Positions 1 through 8,470 of a stretch of DNA of 64,000 bases are shown one piece after another (the stretch's first letter is position 1; every line of letters begins with the position of its first letter). The translations under genes were made by a program, and so were the position numbers. The notes beneath the pieces were generated by a model that saw nothing but the letters and a program-made list of their open reading frames with translations, did no database searches and was not told the origin of the DNA. Source of the DNA: Bacteroidales bacterium (GTDB lineage: Bacteria > Bacteroidota > Bacteroidia > Bacteroidales > UBA12077); the NCBI GenBank assembly GCA_035269575.1, contig DATFIZ010000068.1:5064-69063 (forward strand), given 5' to 3'.

Positions 1-2680
1 TATCGGGGTTATAAACAGAGGCCAGGTGCTTCAATGTTTTGTGTTTTTCTGATTCGCTAATATCTAGTTTTATTAATCCTGCATCTTCGCCTTCAAGTAT
101 ATTAATATCTGTTTTAGATAGATTAACGGCATAAAAATACAGTTGAGAATTTTTATATAAATCTTTTTTTGAGACAATTTCGAGGGTTGGGTAGGAAGGT
201 GAAAAACGAAAAGCTTTTTCTCCTTCCACAACATACTGACCTAAGCCTAAAGCAGCTACAGCAAAGCCCTCATCGGGTTTCATATGAGCAACCGGATAAA
301 AATTATGGGATTGAGCTGTACCACTAATATGCGGATAATAATATTCGTCAAACTGATTTCCAACCACTTCCTGCAATACCACAGCCATTTTCTCTTCTTC
401 TATCTTGTGTCCTATAGCCTTAAAATAAGTACGGGCATTTTTAGAATAAATCGAGGCAAACACAAGCTTAATAGCATTCATTAATTGTTCGTACTTTATT
501 TCAAAATCGGGATGATTATTTGGTAAAATATACGTTTCAAAAATTCCTGAAAAGGGCTGGGTAATACTATCCTCAAACAAGCTTGACGAACGAACTGCAA
601 TAGGTTTATTTATTTTCTCAACGAAAGTTTTTAGTCTTTTCTTTAAGCTGTAGGATAATTCTCCCCGTATAAATTTTTTACGCAACACCTCATAATTGTG
701 TTCATTAAAAATGGTGTCTTCCAGTTTGTTTACCTCAATAAACATATCGAATTCATCGGTACCAATAATACTTGTGCGAGGAGTACGGACATTAATTAAC
801 GGTAGTAATTCTTTAAACTTAAAATTATAAATTAATGTGTTGATAAAAGCCAATCCTCTTCCCTTTCCTCCTAATGCACCAGAAGCCAGGCTCACAATGT
901 TACTCTCTTCGAGAAGAGCCGATTCGCTAAAGTTTACAATTTTTCCTTTGTCCTGTTCAGTCCGGTATAACTTAAGAATATTAATTAGAAAATCCCTTAA
1001 TTGTTTTGGACTTTCAAAATCGGTTATTTTTAAAGGATTAATTATTTTGGCTATCTGAATCTCTCCACGAGCCATCAACCACAAGGAGAATTGATTTTTT
1101 ACGGCATGATAAATTAATGAATCTTCGGGTACGGTTTTTAAATAAGCCTCAAATTCGGCCATAGACTTAGCCACGGCAATTTGTCGTCCCTGATTATCGC
1201 GATACACAAAATGTCCGAAGCCTAAATGATAATTAATAAAACTTTTTAAATCCTGCAGTAATGTTTCAGAATTCTTATTAATAAAATTTGATTTTATTTC
1301 ATAGGTTTTTTTTGCATTCTCGGGGTTTGAAGATTGTAATACCGTAGGTAAGTTGGTGATATTTTGTTTGATATATTGTATTAATTCAAATCCTGCATTG
1401 TTATCTAATAACCCATTTTTAGGGAAACTAACATCAGAAATAACACATAAAAAATAGTCACGATAGTTTTCAAAAACATCCATTGCCTCTTCGTAGGTTC
1501 CTGCAAGAAGAATTTTAGGCCGAGTTCGTAATTTTAATACTTTATATAAGTCATCGGTATTAACATCTTCAATCAACCGCTGTGTTTGCTCCATAATAAT
1601 CTTATACAACATGGGTAGATAACGGGAGTAATATCGAGGAGAATCTTCTATAAGCAAAATTACACGGGTAAGTCCAATTTTAGTATCATTTTCAACATTA
1701 ACCTGGTCTTCGATTAATTTTACCATAGCAAAAAACACCTTAGAATCACCATTCCAGATAAACAACTTATCAATATGCGATAAGTCTCTTTTCTGATCTT
1801 CGAGTTCAGCAAGATCACTATTATTATTTAGCAACAAAAAAACCGGAATATATGGATATTTACTTTTTAAGGTAGCGGCCATTTTCAAAGGAGTACTTTT
1901 ATCGACACCCAGCATTAAAATGACCATATCAAAATGTTTGGATTCGAGGGCTTCCAAGGCTTCATCCCTATTTGAAACACCGGTAACTCTTGGCATCGAG
2001 GTTAGGTTAAGCTGATAATACTCGCCCAGAATATGATCCGAAAATCGTCCTTCTTTCTCGATGCTATAAGCATCGTATAAATTGGCAATAAGAAGAATTT
2101 CTTTTACTTTAAACGGCATTAAATCATGTAGTAAATCACGATCGGCATTATGTTTATTCAAAAACTTTTGTAATAATTGGCGGCTATTTAAAACTTTTTC
2201 AGCACCTTTAGTTTCTGATTTTATTTTTTCACGTTTAGCTTCCTGCTGTTTGATTATGTCCTTTGCTCTATAACTATTAATAAATCCTGAAATTAAATTC
2301 GATAAATTAACAAGTAGATCTCGTTCCTCCTGCAAAAAAGGTCCCTCATATCGTTTAGTAAATTCTTTCAGGTATGAAATTTCAATAACTCCTTCCTCGC
2401 CATCTATGGTTTGAAACGGCTGCTTTTGCATCCATTGGGTTTCTCTAAACCCCGGACTATGGTATTCTTGATCGTCAAAAATTATTCGTGCAACAGCATC
2501 CTCAGGGTATAGCCAGGCTTTGGGCAGTATTAACACAATTTTTTGTAACGATTCCTCAACAGATTTTCCTTCTTTTATAATTTTAGTCGTTTGATTGATA
2601 CAAGATAATTCTTTTAGCCGTTCTTTATTTTCGGCTATCAGCTTACTAAAATCATTATTGGGCTGTAATTTGTCATCCAT
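1..2680 (-). CDS. Partial (C-terminus off window) multidomain signalling protein: N-terminal sensor (GAF-like) + pseudo-receiver + receiver + PEP/pyruvate-binding ATP-grasp domain (PEP synthase/PPDK N-terminal type)
   Basis: The minus-strand frame is open from ATG at 2680 to the window edge (893 codons). It is missing from the supplied track because it has no stop in the window. My translation starts MDDKLQPNNDFSKLIAENKERLKELSCINQ. Approximate domains: aa 20-135 sensor-like (EGPFLQEERDLLVNLSNLIS); aa 190-290 receiver-like but acceptor position is DMVILMLGV (no Asp); aa 338-470 canonical receiver (ILLIEDS, VISDVSFP, VLQSS, FINKN); aa 595-893 PPDK_N-like (SGALGGKGRGLAF, IAVRSSSLFEDS, MAVVLQEVVG). 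Confidence 0.75.
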   Translation of the reverse strand, partial: MDDKLQPNNDFSKLIAENKERLKELSCINQTTKIIKEGKSVEESLQKIVLILPKAWLYPEDAVARIIFDDQEYHSPGFRETQWMQKQPFQTIDGEEGVIEISYLKEFTKRYEGPFLQEERDLLVNLSNLISGFINSYRAKDIIKQQEAKREKIKSETKGAEKVLNSRQLLQKFLNKHNADRDLLHDLMPFKVKEILLIANLYDAYSIEKEGRFSDHILGEYYQLNLTSMPRVTGVSNRDEALEALESKHFDMVILMLGVDKSTPLKMAATLKSKYPYIPVFLLLNNNSDLAELEDQKRDLSHIDKLFIWNGDSKVFFAMVKLIEDQVNVENDTKIGLTRVILLIEDSPRYYSRYLPMLYKIIMEQTQRLIEDVNTDDLYKVLKLRTRPKILLAGTYEEAMDVFENYRDYFLCVISDVSFPKNGLLDNNAGFELIQYIKQNITNLPTVLQSSNPENAKKTYEIKSNFINKNSETLLQDLKSFINYHLGFGHFVYRDNQGRQIAVAKSMAEFEAYLKTVPEDSLIYHAVKNQFSLWLMARGEIQIAKIINPLKITDFESPKQLRDFLINILKLYRTEQDKGKIVNFSESALLEESNIVSLASGALGGKGRGLAFINTLIYNFKFKELLPLINVRTPRTSIIGTDEFDMFIEVNKLEDTIFNEHNYEVLRKKFIRGELSYSLKKRLKTFVEKINKPIAVRSSSLFEDSITQPFSGIFETYILPNNHPDFEIKYEQLMNAIKLVFASIYSKNARTYFKAIGHKIEEEKMAVVLQEVVGNQFDEYYYPHISGTAQSHNFYPVAHMKPDEGFAVAALGLGQYVVEGEKAFRFSPSYPTLEIVSKKDLYKNSQLYFYAVNLSKTDINILEGEDAGLIKLDISESEKHKTLKHLASVYNPD

Positions 2681-2791
2681 GAGAGAGAAATTAATATTCT
2701 TTATCCAATATAATATATAATTATATAAATATAAACGATTTTTAAACTGAATAAAAATATTTATCTACCTAAAAAAGTTTAAAGGTATTGA

Positions 2792-2824
2792 CAAAAAAAC
2801 GAGCTACCGATTAGGATAGCTCGT
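2792..2824 (-). terminator. Rho-independent terminator downstream of korB
   Basis: Perfect 8-bp stem ACGAGCTA (2799-2806) / TAGCTCGT (2817-2824) with a 10-nt loop. On the minus strand it is followed by a T7 run (A-run 2793-2799 on plus). It lies 23 nt after the korB stop. Confidence 0.7.
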
Positions 2825-2847
2825 CATTATCATAGGATAAAATATTT

Positions 2848-3867
2848 TTATATCTTCCAGGTTGTCCCGCTTCTTAATAAATCATCAACATTTTTAATGG
2901 ATGAATCGGACTGAATCATTTCAATCTGTTCTTGAATGCTTTGATCATAGGTACGTGCTTTAACATTTCGTATAACGCCAAAAGCAACAGGATACTCCGG
3001 ATAGCGCATATTAGCCAGCATAAGGTGAATCCCCGGGTTTTCATTTTCGGCATTATGAACAAGAATATCTTTTTCAGTATAATCTGTTCCCAGCTCTACT
3101 ACTTTAAGCCTCATATTATCGGCATCAAGAATTAACCCTTTATCCTTATTTTTGCCAAAAATCATTGGTTCTCCATGTTCCAAAATTATTGTACGATCTT
3201 CTTTATGTTCTCTATCGGTTAATGCAGCATGCGTTTTATCATTATAAATCACACAATTCTGCAGTACTTCTACTACTGATGCTCCTTTATGCCTGGCCGA
3301 TTCGACAAAAATCTTCTGTGATAGTTTCAGATTATTATCGATGGAACGAGCAAAGAATTTACCCTGGGCTCCAATTACTAACTCTCCCGGATGAAAAGGA
3401 TGTTCTACTGTTCCATAAGGAGATGTTTTTGTAATAGCTCCAAATTTTGATGTGGGTGAATATTGCCCTTTGGTTAATCCATAAATTTCGTTGTTAAATA
3501 ATATAATATTTATATCAACATTTCTTCGTACAACATGAATAAAATGATTTCCACCAATGGCTAACGCATCACCATCACCTGTAATTTGCCATACACTTAA
3601 ATCAGGATTTGCAACTTTAACTCCAGATGCGATTGCAGAAGCACGACCATGAATACTATGAAATCCGTAAGTATTCATGTAGTAAGGGAAACGTGAAGAA
3701 CACCCTATACCAGAAATAAAAGCAAATTTCTCTTTAGGTATTTCTAACTCTGGTAAGGCTCGCTGAATAGCATTCATAATTGCGTGATCACCACATCCAG
3801 GACACCATCTTACTTCCTGATCACTCTTAAAATCTTTTGCGGTTAATATATTTTGATTTTCAGCCAT
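2848..3867 (-). CDS. korB: 2-oxoglutarate/2-oxoacid:ferredoxin oxidoreductase, beta (TPP-binding) subunit
   Basis: 339 aa. Motifs WCPGCGDH, GIGCSSR and GDGDALAIGGNHF are typical of the OFOR beta subunit. It sits 2 nt downstream of the alpha subunit gene. Confidence 0.9.
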   Translation of the reverse strand: MAENQNILTAKDFKSDQEVRWCPGCGDHAIMNAIQRALPELEIPKEKFAFISGIGCSSRFPYYMNTYGFHSIHGRASAIASGVKVANPDLSVWQITGDGDALAIGGNHFIHVVRRNVDINIILFNNEIYGLTKGQYSPTSKFGAITKTSPYGTVEHPFHPGELVIGAQGKFFARSIDNNLKLSQKIFVESARHKGASVVEVLQNCVIYNDKTHAALTDREHKEDRTIILEHGEPMIFGKNKDKGLILDADNMRLKVVELGTDYTEKDILVHNAENENPGIHLMLANMRYPEYPVAFGVIRNVKARTYDQSIQEQIEMIQSDSSIKNVDDLLRSGTTWKI

Positions 3868-3869
3868 AT

Positions 3870-5717
3870 CTATTCCTCCAATAATTTTTGGAAATGTTCA
3901 ACTAATTCAACAATAGTAAAAGGTAATCCTTGAACTTTGTTATATTGTAAATATTTAAATTCAGGATTTGTCATACGGAGATAATTGGCAAATTGTCCCA
4001 TGTTATTTTCACAAACAACAATTTTATCAAACTTACTAAAAACTTCTGCAGTATTTTCAGGTAAAGGTTTAATATAATTAAAGTGTGCAAGACTAATCTT
4101 TTTACCATCATCCTGCAACTGATTAACTGCTGTAACTAAATGACCATAAGTTCCGCCCCATCCAACAACCAATAAGCTTCCTGAATCTTCGCCTTCAACT
4201 TCAAGTTTAGGTATAAATTTATTTACGCGTTGAACTTTCTCTTCACGTATGTTAACCATTTTTTGGTGGTTCAGCGGATCGTGAGAAACAGAACCCTTAA
4301 GTTCATCTTTTTCAAGACCTCCTACGCGATGTTCCAATCCTTTAGTACCGGGTATAGCCCATGTACGAGCTAATTTTTCCACCTCACGTGCATAAGGTTT
4401 CCAGTCTTCTTTAACTTCTTTTACAATTGGAGGTTTAATTGATGGATATTCGGCCATGTCAGGGATTTTCCATGGTTCGGAACCATTGGCAATAAATCCG
4501 TCAGTTAATAAAATTACTGGGGTCATATGTTCAACGGCAATCTTAGCTGCAACAAACGCATAATGGAAACAATTTGATGGAGAACTTGCAGCAATAGCCA
4601 CTACCGGGCTTTCGCCATTTCTTCCATACAATGCTTGCATTAAATCCGACTGTTCCGGCTTTGTTGGGAGCCCTGTTGATGGACCACCACGCTGCACATC
4701 GACAATTACTAATGGTAGCTCTGTCATTACAGCTAAACCAATAGCCTCTGACTTAAGTGCTAAACCAGGGCCCGAAGTTGTTGTTACCGCAAGGTCTCCG
4801 GCAAAACTTGCACCTATAGAGGTACAAATTCCTGCTATTTCATCTTCGGCCTGAAATGTTTTTACACCCAAATCTTTTCGGGCAGATAACTCTTGTAAGA
4901 TTTCTGTTGCCGGTGTAATAGGATAAGAACCACAAAATAATTTAAGGTTAGCCTTTTCTGCTGCAGCAATAAATCCCCATGCGGTTGCAATATTACCATT
5001 AATATTTCGGTAAGTTCCTTTGTCAATTTCTGCAGGACTTACATTATAAGAAGGAGTCATGTGCTCCTTTGTTTCGGCATAATTATAACCTGCATGAAGC
5101 ACCTTCTTGTTGGCTTCAATAACTAAAGGTTTCTTTTTAAATTTCGACTCAAAAAAGTCCTCAGTATAATTTAATGGTCTATCAAATATCCAAAAAACCA
5201 TCCCTAAGGCAAACATATTCTTGCTCCTTAAAATACTTTTAGGATCGAGTCCCATATCTTTCAAAGCTTCTTTTGTTAATGAAGAGATGGGAGCTTTAAT
5301 GATATTAAAACGATCAAGCTTATCTTCTTTGATAGGGTCATCTGTTTTGAATCCGGCTTTCTTAAGGCCTCTCTCATCAAAACTATCTTCATCAAGAATA
5401 ATTGTACCTCCATCCTTAACCCATTTAGCATTAGCTTTAAGTGCTGCAGGGTTCATTGCTACTAAGATATCAGCATAATCGCCTGGAGTTTTAACTTTTG
5501 TTTTCCCAACGTGAACCTGGAACCCGGAAACACCGCCAATAGTTCCTTGAGGAGCTCTAATTTCGGCCGGATAATCAGGGAATGTTGATAAATCATTACC
5601 AATAAACGCTGAGGTATCTGAAAACAATGTTCCGGTAAGTTGCATGCCATCGCCTGAGTCTCCGGAAAACCGAATTACGACATCTTCTTTTTCAATGGCA
5701 TCTGCTTTTTTACTCAT
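3870..5717 (-). CDS. korA: 2-oxoglutarate/2-oxoacid:ferredoxin oxidoreductase, alpha subunit (fused gamma-alpha type)
   Basis: 615 aa. The N-terminal gamma-like part has GDSGDGMQLTG. The alpha part has YPITPATEI and TTSGPGLALK. It is adjacent to korB. Confidence 0.9.
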   Translation of the reverse strand: MSKKADAIEKEDVVIRFSGDSGDGMQLTGTLFSDTSAFIGNDLSTFPDYPAEIRAPQGTIGGVSGFQVHVGKTKVKTPGDYADILVAMNPAALKANAKWVKDGGTIILDEDSFDERGLKKAGFKTDDPIKEDKLDRFNIIKAPISSLTKEALKDMGLDPKSILRSKNMFALGMVFWIFDRPLNYTEDFFESKFKKKPLVIEANKKVLHAGYNYAETKEHMTPSYNVSPAEIDKGTYRNINGNIATAWGFIAAAEKANLKLFCGSYPITPATEILQELSARKDLGVKTFQAEDEIAGICTSIGASFAGDLAVTTTSGPGLALKSEAIGLAVMTELPLVIVDVQRGGPSTGLPTKPEQSDLMQALYGRNGESPVVAIAASSPSNCFHYAFVAAKIAVEHMTPVILLTDGFIANGSEPWKIPDMAEYPSIKPPIVKEVKEDWKPYAREVEKLARTWAIPGTKGLEHRVGGLEKDELKGSVSHDPLNHQKMVNIREEKVQRVNKFIPKLEVEGEDSGSLLVVGWGGTYGHLVTAVNQLQDDGKKISLAHFNYIKPLPENTAEVFSKFDKIVVCENNMGQFANYLRMTNPEFKYLQYNKVQGLPFTIVELVEHFQKLLEE

Positions 5718-5764
5718 AATAATTAAATTTAGTAGATTATATTTAACAGACGTTTACAAAATGT

Positions 5765-5803
5765 AAATGCATATAAAACAGGCATCCTGTTTCATATGCA
5801 TTT
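5765..5803. repeat. 39-nt near-perfect inverted repeat (17 bp stem, 1 mismatch, 3-nt loop) in the korA / gamma-CA divergent intergenic region
   Basis: AAATGCATATAAAACAGG-CAT-CCTGTTTCATATGCATTT. I checked the pairing base by base and the only mismatch is A5775/C5793. It lies 48 nt upstream of the korA ATG. Confidence 0.6.
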
Positions 5804-6007
5804 TCGAAATTTATTACTATACTATTATCGTTTGTCTCTATAATAATAGAATTAAATTAATTCTTTTACAAAATTAAGTAATGTTAATTAATTATTAATT
5901 ATTTTTCGGTTAATTTTTCCTCTAAAATATATGATTTTTCTCATTATTTTAGGCGAAATTTGTTTGAACTAAAAAACGTTACAAATCAATTAATTACAAC
6001 TAAGAAA

Positions 6008-6523
6008 ATGGCATTAATAAAAACAGTAAGAGGTTTTAGGCCTCAGTTTGGTAAAAATTGTTTTCTGGCGGATAATTCAACCATTGTTGGTGATGTTATA
6101 GTGGGTGACGATTGCAGTTTTTGGTTTAATTCAGTGATAAGAGGGGATGTAAATTCAATCCGAATAGGAAACAAAGTAAACATCCAGGATGGAACAGTTC
6201 TTCATTGTTTATTTGAAAAATCTACTATTCATATTGGGAATAATGTTTCTATAGGCCATAATGTAATTATTCATGGATCAACCATTCATGACAACGTTCT
6301 TATTGGTATGGGGGCAATAATAATGGATGATGCAGATATTGGTGAAAATTCGATAATAGCAGCAGGAGCAATTGTTTTGAATGGAACTAAGGTTGAACCC
6401 GGCAGTATTTATGGAGGTGTACCGGCTAAAAGAATAAAATCCGTTAATCAGGAACAAACCAAAGAGATGATAGAAAAAATTGCTAATAATTATCTAATGT
6501 ATGCTAAATGGTATGAAGAGTAA
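6008..6523 (+). CDS. Gamma carbonic anhydrase-like / left-handed beta-helix (hexapeptide repeat) protein, YrdA/PaaY family
   Basis: Hexapeptide repeats (IGNNVSIGHNVIIHGSTIHDNVLIGMGAII). The N-terminus FGKNCFLADNSTIVGDV is typical of the family. ATG at 6008 is preferred over the TTG at 5960 used in the track. Confidence 0.85.
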   Translation: MALIKTVRGFRPQFGKNCFLADNSTIVGDVIVGDDCSFWFNSVIRGDVNSIRIGNKVNIQDGTVLHCLFEKSTIHIGNNVSIGHNVIIHGSTIHDNVLIGMGAIIMDDADIGENSIIAAGAIVLNGTKVEPGSIYGGVPAKRIKSVNQEQTKEMIEKIANNYLMYAKWYEE

Positions 6524-7315
6524 TTATATCTGATTTAAAGTATAATTTTGATTGGTTATCTTTTTCAAAAAACTATTTAAAACCTTGATATTCCCGTTTG
6601 TATAAAATTCATAGTTTGACATACCTCTATTCTGAGGAGTTAATAAATTTTCCTTTTTTAAAATATTATAGGTTTGTTTTGCTACTGCAGGTGCAGGATC
6701 TAAAATTTTCACCTGTGAAGGTAATATCTTCTCCAGTACAGGCATTAAAAATGGATAATGAGTACACCCTAAAACCAAATGATCAATATTCTTTTCGATA
6801 AAAGGAATAATTAATTTTTTAAGATGCTTTTCGGTTTCTTTATCATAAATAAGCCCATTCTCAACAATATCCACTAATTTTTCACCTACTTTAATATTAA
6901 CGTTTACATCTTTGGCAAATCGTTCGGTAGTTTCCCGGTATAATCTGCCATTAAAAGTACCTTCAGTTGCTAACACGCCAATACTTTTTGTTTTTGATTC
7001 TAACGAAGCAGGTTTTATAGCAGGTTCCATACCAATAAAAGGTATTTTGTATTTTACTCTTAAAAAATCAATGGCTGCTGCTGTTGCAGTATTACATGCC
7101 ACAACAATAATTTTACATTGTTTTTCTATAAGAAAATCTACATTTTTTTGAGCCAGTTCTATTATTTCATGCTCTTTTTTGGCTCCATAGGGACAGTTCG
7201 CACTATCAGCATAATAAACAACAGACTCTTCAGGTAAAATTTTAACAACCTCTTTCCACACAGATACCCCACCAACTCCGGAATCAAAAATACCTATCGG
7301 GCGTGAATCACTCAT
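6524..7315 (-). CDS. murI: Glutamate racemase
   Basis: Motifs IGIFDSGVGG, VVACNTATA and LGCTHYP contain both catalytic Cys motifs. The start is set at ATG 7315 (MSDSRPIGIFDSG) because the upstream ATG at 7342 lies inside the skp terminator hairpin. Confidence 0.9.
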   Translation of the reverse strand: MSDSRPIGIFDSGVGGVSVWKEVVKILPEESVVYYADSANCPYGAKKEHEIIELAQKNVDFLIEKQCKIIVVACNTATAAAIDFLRVKYKIPFIGMEPAIKPASLESKTKSIGVLATEGTFNGRLYRETTERFAKDVNVNIKVGEKLVDIVENGLIYDKETEKHLKKLIIPFIEKNIDHLVLGCTHYPFLMPVLEKILPSQVKILDPAPAVAKQTYNILKKENLLTPQNRGMSNYEFYTNGNIKVLNSFLKKITNQNYTLNQI

Positions 7316-7331
7316 TTTATTTCGATAGTAT

Positions 7332-7362
7332 AAAAAGACCATCTTTAACGTTAAAGATGGTC
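7332..7362 (-). terminator. Rho-independent terminator downstream of the skp/ompH pair
   Basis: Perfect 26-nt palindrome GACCATCTTTAAC/GTTAAAGATGGTC (7337-7362). On the minus strand it is followed by TTTTT (A-run 7332-7336). Confidence 0.6.
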
Positions 7363-7383
7363 ATAAAATTTTACTGAAATAAA

Positions 7384-7902
7384 TTACTCAATTCCCAGTT
7401 CTTCTTTAACTAAGGGAAGAATATCAATGCTTTGTTCGGAAAAGTAAACAACACTTCCTGCTGTTATATCAAACACATAGGTAAAACCATTTGCTTTAGC
7501 TACTTTTTCAATAGCTTTTTCGGCTTTTTCCATAATGGGTTGAAACAATTCTCTCTCCTGCTGTTGTAGGTCTTGTTGAGCAGTAGATTGAAACTCCTGA
7601 ATGCGACGTTGCATTTCCTGAATTTCACTTTCTTTGGATTGACGAACTAATTCAGAATATGATTCCTGTTTTTCCAAATAAGTGTTTACTTTATTTTGGT
7701 ATTCGAGCTGCATGGTTTCCATTTCTTGCTGGAGCATTCTGCTATAATTCTGTAACTCGGCTCTGGCACTATCTCTTTCAGGCATCAATGATAGCAATTC
7801 ATTGGAATTGACATGTCCAAATTTATATTCTCCTTTCTGTGCATAAGATCCAGAAAATGAAAACATAACAATTACTAATAATATTCCTAAATACTTTTTC
7901 AT
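7384..7902 (-). CDS. OmpH/Skp family periplasmic chaperone
   Basis: 172 aa with a signal peptide and a Q/E-rich coiled-coil core. It occupies the classic position downstream of bamA. Confidence 0.85.
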   Translation of the reverse strand: MKKYLGILLVIVMFSFSGSYAQKGEYKFGHVNSNELLSLMPERDSARAELQNYSRMLQQEMETMQLEYQNKVNTYLEKQESYSELVRQSKESEIQEMQRRIQEFQSTAQQDLQQQERELFQPIMEKAEKAIEKVAKANGFTYVFDITAGSVVYFSEQSIDILPLVKEELGIE

Positions 7903-7939
7903 AAGTTCTTCTTTTTAAGTTATATTCAAATTTATAAAA

Positions 7940-8452
7940 TTAATTCTTATACCCTAATTTTTCAAGTACTTCGTCACTTTTATCATATTTTGGATCGGTA
8001 AATAAAACATTCGTGCCTGTAGCTGTATCAAAGATAATGGCATAATTTCCTGATTGTGCAATATCCTGAATAACAGTATACACCTCATTCTGAATTGGTT
8101 TTATCAGTTCTTCACGTTTTTTAAATAATTCTCCGTTTGTGCCAAAATACTTACGCTGTAAATCTTTTACCGCCTTTTCTGCATCATTTATCTCAGCTTC
8201 TCGTTGTTTTATCATTTCATCCGTTAATAAAACTTTTTCCGCTTGAAAATCTTTATACATCCTGTCTATATTCTTATATTCTTCCTCAATTTCTTTCTGC
8301 CACACATTGGATAAATCGTTCAATTTATTCTGAGCTGCCTTATAAGAAGGTATATTGCTTAAAATATATTCTGTATCAACATATGCAAATTTCTGGCCAA
8401 AAATAAAATTCGGCACAACAAAAAGCAAAATAAAGAATACAAAGCGTTTCAT
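7940..8452 (-). CDS. OmpH/Skp family periplasmic chaperone (second paralog)
   Basis: 170 aa with a signal peptide. FAYVDTEYIL and the coiled-coil region are typical of Bacteroidota tandem OmpH genes. Confidence 0.85.
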   Translation of the reverse strand: MKRFVFFILLFVVPNFIFGQKFAYVDTEYILSNIPSYKAAQNKLNDLSNVWQKEIEEEYKNIDRMYKDFQAEKVLLTDEMIKQREAEINDAEKAVKDLQRKYFGTNGELFKKREELIKPIQNEVYTVIQDIAQSGNYAIIFDTATGTNVLFTDPKYDKSDEVLEKLGYKN

Positions 8453-8470
8453 AATAGAAAATTTGATGGA

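Noticed and set aside
2714-2727. 14-nt perfect AT-only palindrome TATATAATTATATA upstream of the PPDK_N-receiver gene
   Set aside because: It is composed only of A and T in a very AT-rich promoter region. Such palindromes arise by chance and carry little information.
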